39,746 nucleotides of DNA from Nemertoderma westbladi (taxonomy: Eukaryota > Animalia > Xenacoelomorpha): contig JAUCBJ010000717.1 in the NCBI GenBank assembly GCA_032718475.1, positions 1-39,746 of the forward strand. Direction: 5' to 3'. Positions 35,283-39,746 of this stretch are shown in pieces. A program made the translations under genes and the position numbers. The notes under the pieces are model-generated. The model saw only the letters and a program-made list of their open reading frames with translations. It had not been told where the DNA came from and ran no database searches. How positions within the stretch are numbered: the stretch's first letter is position 1; each line of letters begins with the position of its first letter.

Positions 35283-37689
35283 TTTTTTCATTTCATTTCA
35301 TTATCATTATTTATATTTAACATAATAATTTAAAAAACATTAAATTAAAATAAAGGGAGAAGTTACCAGGCAATAAGATGCACTTAGGATAACAGTTTAG
35401 ATACATAGTAAAATAAATTCACAGAATTCAATTCAAAAATATAAACAATTTGAAATACAGTATGATTAGATAATTTCAAGTACAGTAAGCTAAGAAGTAT
35501 ATGTAACAACAACTGAAATAAAACAAATAACCAGAAGTTCAGTCGATCTCAACATTAAATTAAATTTAAAATTATATAAGAATATAATTAAACTATGGTG
35601 CACCGTCAAACGTACAATACCTCACCAAATCTTCATTTTTTAATTTACGAGAAAATTCGCCTTTTGATTTAGCCTCCACTAAAGATGACGGTAAACTGTT
35701 CCAAATTGAAACAACACGGTTTGAAAAAAATTCATTGAACATTTTTAGCCGAGAACGTCTTTGGAAAAGTTTAAATTTATGGCCGCGTAAACCACCTTGC
35801 CGTGCGTAACAGAAAAACTGGTCGAAATCAACATTCACATAGTTATTAACGATACCAAACGTCATTTTTAGGTCATTGGCGATGCGACGCTCCTGCAGGG
35901 ATTCTAATTTAAGGAAACCTAATCATTGCATATAAGAATAATTACTATCAATTTTGCATCTGGAAAATAAACGACGTGTGAAATACCTTTGCACTTTTTC
36001 AAGTTTGTTTATAGAACCTTGTTGGTATGGTGACCAAACAGGGGTGCGGTATTCAACGATTGGTCTGACAAACGATTTGTATGCAACCAAAATCGACACC
36101 AAATGGGCAGAATTAAAACATCGAAAAATCATGTTAATAATTTTACAAGCTTTACAAGCTGTTGTTTACAGGAACATATCATCAGACCCAAATCCTTGCA
36201 TTCCTTATCCTCTTTGAGCGATTTCTCGCACTACTTGTATGACTCTTTCTGGTTATTCTTATCAACATATACCACGGAGCATTTGTGAGCAGCGACCGAG
36301 AGTTGCCAGTCGGCTGCCCAGTCACCCAACTTTGACAGCGAACACTGTAATAAATGACTCTCCTTTGACGGCGCATACAGTTTGACGTCATCTGCAAACA
36401 GTTTGCATGTAATAATATCAACTAGTTGTGGCATGTCGTTAATAAATATTAAGAACAGAACTGGCCCCAACACACTTCCTTGAGGTGTACCGGAAATGAC
36501 GTCACATACCTCGAGAAACAGGCACCAACCACGAATCTCTGTGCTCGGCCTGACAAGAACGCTGCGATCCAAGCCAGTAGATTACCTCCGATTCCATAAC
36601 TTGTAAGTTTAGAAATCAGTTTCGAATGGACTACGGAGTCAAACGCCTTTGCGTAGTCAATGTATATTATGTCTAGATTATTCTTGTCATCAATTAGTTT
36701 AAGCCAATCAGCTGTGCATTCGAGTAGTTGGGTACATGTGGAACGTTTCTCTAAGAAGCCGTGTTGGGACCTTGATATTAATTTGTGCAAAAGCAATAGC
36801 GACATATCTCATCCTTGATGCACATCTCCATGACTTTGCAGGCAATGCACGTCAGGGAAATTGGTCTGTAGTTGTATGCATCTAGAGGATCAACCTTCTT
36901 ATAGGAAGGAATAACGACGGCAGTCAACCAGACTGGTGGAAGAGAGTGAGATTCAAATGACGCTTTAAATATGGCCGAGAGCGGAGCGGCTAGGTTACAT
37001 GCTAGGTTAGAGAATAATAAGCACGGGAATCCGTCCGGGGTGCGACTAGATTTTGGTTTCAGTTTTTTGAGCATTTTCAGCACAGTTACCGGATCGAATG
37101 GGACTTTATCGAGTTTCACATTTATAGGAACTTTTCGCGGCAATGGGTGTATTGTATTGTTATCAGATGTAAAGTTCTCAGAAAGAACATCAGCAAATAT
37201 TCTAGCCTTTACAGCGTCATCAAGTATAATATCTCCATTATATTTCAGAGGTCCGATTCCTGAGTTTGTTTTTCGTTTCGAATTAACAAATTTGAACATG
37301 GAGCTACGGTTGCCCGACGTAAGTATTTTCGTTTCCCGGACACAAGAAGCGCGGAACACCGCCTTAGAGACTTCATGTGCAGCATGTTTATACGCTTCTT
37401 TTCCACCAGGCGAATTTCTTCTTCTCCAGAGCAATTTCTTTGTGCGCTGCAGCTGATGTACATAAGCCGGATAATATTTTTTCTTTCCTGAGTTCGCGAA
37501 TTTCTTGAATGGGATACAAAGATCAATACCTTTCTTCAATGTTGTACTGAATATTTCCCAAAGCTCTGTTACTGAGCTACATGATGTAAATAGATCCTTC
37601 CAGTCAACAGTTCGAAGAAATAATCCAAACAGATTATAGTCACCGTTTTTGAAATCGTAGTAGCCGTCAGTATGATCTGGTATGATAGC
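35283..37689 (-). mobile_element. CR1-clade LINE, decayed ORF2 (linker + RT + C-terminus) with multiple frameshifts and a 3' tail
   Basis: Collinear fragments: YDFKNGDY..VDW, NYRPISLTCIACKVME, SQHGF..STCTQLL, DYAKAFDSV, GTPQGSVLGP..FIND, LFADD, YKSFVRPIVEY..PVWSPY, LRGHKFKL..FFSNRVVSIWNSLP. (GAAAT)n-like tail near 35283-35302. Confidence 0.92.
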
Positions 37690-39746
37690 TTACTACTAGT
37701 ATCGGCATGCTGCATTGCAGCTGTATTTTTAAGAATGCTGTGCCGGCTTGTCAACAAAATTGCACCGCCACAACTCCCTATCACCCATGACATTTGCTAG
37801 ATCATCCGCATCTTTAAGGCCAGTGTCCTTTAAGATGCGTCTCAAGAAAGTCATGGGCTGTCCACCATGCTTATTCACTCCATGAGGCTGCCAAAGTACA
37901 AGATTATGCACTGGCTGGTCCTCACGGCGAATGCAATGTGTCCTGCAAAGCGGAGGCGATTTTGTTCTAGTGTCAAGCTTGGGGGAACCAATGAGACACC
38001 TCCAATGTTATATAGTGTCTGGTTGGAGATGTGTGCATTGTACTTAACACAATGAATCCGGCGTAGCATTCTTGTGAATGTGCCATCCGGAGATTTGGTG
38101 TCCTCAGCAGTTAGAGCCCAGCATGGACTCCCGTAGAGGAGTACTGGAACTACTGCTGCTCTAAATAATCGGACCTTAAGTTTCCGATTAATTCTCGGTG
38201 ACTTCCAAATCCTGGAAAGCCTATTCAAGGCTGCCCATGCCTTTCCCTTACGTATTCGAAGGTCCTCAACTGACTTCCGGATCCATGATCCCAGGTAACA
38301 GAAGTCGTCCACATGCTCAAGCATACCATCCTTTGAGCTTATGCTCATCCGATCAGAGACTTGCTGAGGACTTTCAAAGTTAACTGTCACAATTTTGGTC
38401 TTTCTGGAGTTAATAAAAAGACCAACACTAGAAGCAGCATGTTCTAATGAGCTGAGGAGCCGTTGGGCTCCCTCTAATGATTCTGAGAGTACTCCTAAGT
38501 CATCAGCAAAGTCTAGATCAGTTAGGTACTTGGCAGGATTTCCTCGACTTCTGGAGCCAGTAGGTGGAGTTATCATCACCCCATCATCATTATAATGATC
38601 TAAGGACATGCGTAGAACATAGGCCTAGTCAACCACAATAATGAACAAGAATGGTGCAAGTGTGTCTCCTTGGAGGACGCCCCATAACACTTCAAATGGT
38701 TCTGTGTCACCGTCAACAGTAGACACAAATGTTGACGAACCATCGTATACTGATCTGATTGCTGCAATAATTTCATCCGGAATCCCATATAATGAAAGTA
38801 TGCCGGTCCTACGAATTACCCCAAAATACCCCAAAAGACCCCAAAATAGTATAAAACTACCCCAAAATACCCCAAAATAGTTTATAATTACCCCAAAATA
38901 CCCCAAAATAGTTTAGAATTACCCCAAAATACTTTTTTTTGAGCCTTTGTTTTGGAAATTTAATTTACCCCAAAATATGGCAAAATGACGAATTACCCCA
39001 AAATAATGACGAATTACCCCAAAATAATTAAAAAAATTTTCTTCACTCTCGTTTATTGTTTTGGTTAAAAAAACTCGCCACTGTAACCTGCTCCTTTCCC
39101 TCGCTGTTAAAAAACATTGTTAGCTTATTTTGGGGTATTTTGGGGTAATTTTTTAGCCTTTTTGGGGTATTTTGGGGTAAATTTTGACTATTTTGGAGTA
39201 TTTTGGGGTATTTTGGGGTGTTTTGGGGTATTTTGGGGTAATTCGTAGGACCCAAGTATGCTGAACATACGTGAGCGAGAGACTGAATCAAAGGCCTTGA
39301 AGAAGTCAACAAAGATAACAGCCAGATGCCTGTCTTTCTTTTTTAATAACTCTTCAATTATCCTTCTAAGTGCCAAAATGGGGTCAATGGTCCCACGACC
39401 TTTACGGAACCCATTCTGATTTCCACGGAGCAGTCTCTCAATGGGATCCCTGATGCGATTTAATAGAATCCTATTGTATAGCTTTGCAGCAATCGAGATC
39501 AATGAGATTCCCCGAAAAGAACCATAGAGTGTTAGGTTGCCCTTCTTGGGAACTGGAATTGTTTTCATTTCTTGTGGGACTCTTGTTGTTCGGTACATGT
39601 CTACTATGATGGGATAGATGAGCTTTAAACACTGAGGTATTTTAAAGACCTCAGGGGGAACACCATCTACTCCACTGGCACGATTGGTCTTAATGCTCTT
39701 TGCAGCAGCCTTCACTTCTGCAAAGGAGATATCGCCAATGGCAGTT
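37690..39746 (-). mobile_element. RTE-clade LINE (copy 2), RT region, inactivated; continues beyond the window
   Basis: RASGVDGVP, FRGISLISIAAKLYNRILL, QNGFRKGR, DFFKAFDSV, GVLQGDTLAP, LDFADD. Short (AGT)n-like tail at 37690-37700. Disrupted by a MITE, a 6-bp insertion and a 2-nt frameshift near 37937. Confidence 0.93.
38804..39253. mobile_element. Foldback-type MITE (450 bp), TIR (C/G)GGTCCTACGAATTACCCCAAAATACCCC with 10-bp subrepeats, 8-bp TSD AAGTATGC
   Basis: TSD at 38796-38803 and 39254-39261. Removing the element plus one TSD restores the RT frame RMFSILSLYGIP. Confidence 0.93.

Overview
Eukaryotic, most likely invertebrate animal, genomic DNA; nothing prokaryotic. From left to right: (1) an apparently intact APE-type non-LTR retrotransposon on the minus strand. 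Its ORF2 (APE+RT) runs off the left edge and is missing from the ORF track. Its 1195-aa ORF1 carries a Cys-rich N-terminus, a Pro/Ser minisatellite, a complete Ulp1/SENP-type (C48) SUMO-protease domain, a coiled coil and an RRM-like C-terminus. (2) A 7.8-kb 37/33-bp satellite that flips orientation at its right end. (3) An intronless FBXW10/CDRT1-like gene. (4) 56-bp and palindromic 15-bp tandem arrays. (5) A decayed RTE LINE interrupted by a 1.5-kb foldback-type DNA element with an 8-bp TSD. (6) A 9.8-kb 45-bp satellite. (7) An intronless USP6NL/RN-tre RabGAP gene. (8) A frameshifted CR1 LINE abutting a second RTE copy, which carries a 450-bp foldback MITE with an 8-bp TSD. All six coding units are on the minus strand. 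The most interesting signals are the SUMO-protease-bearing LINE ORF1 with an AUG-less overlapping ORF2, a graded series of foldback arms expanding into satellites, dense TA-transposon excision footprints, and intronless versions of normally multi-exon genes. All calls come from reading motifs by eye; no searches were run.
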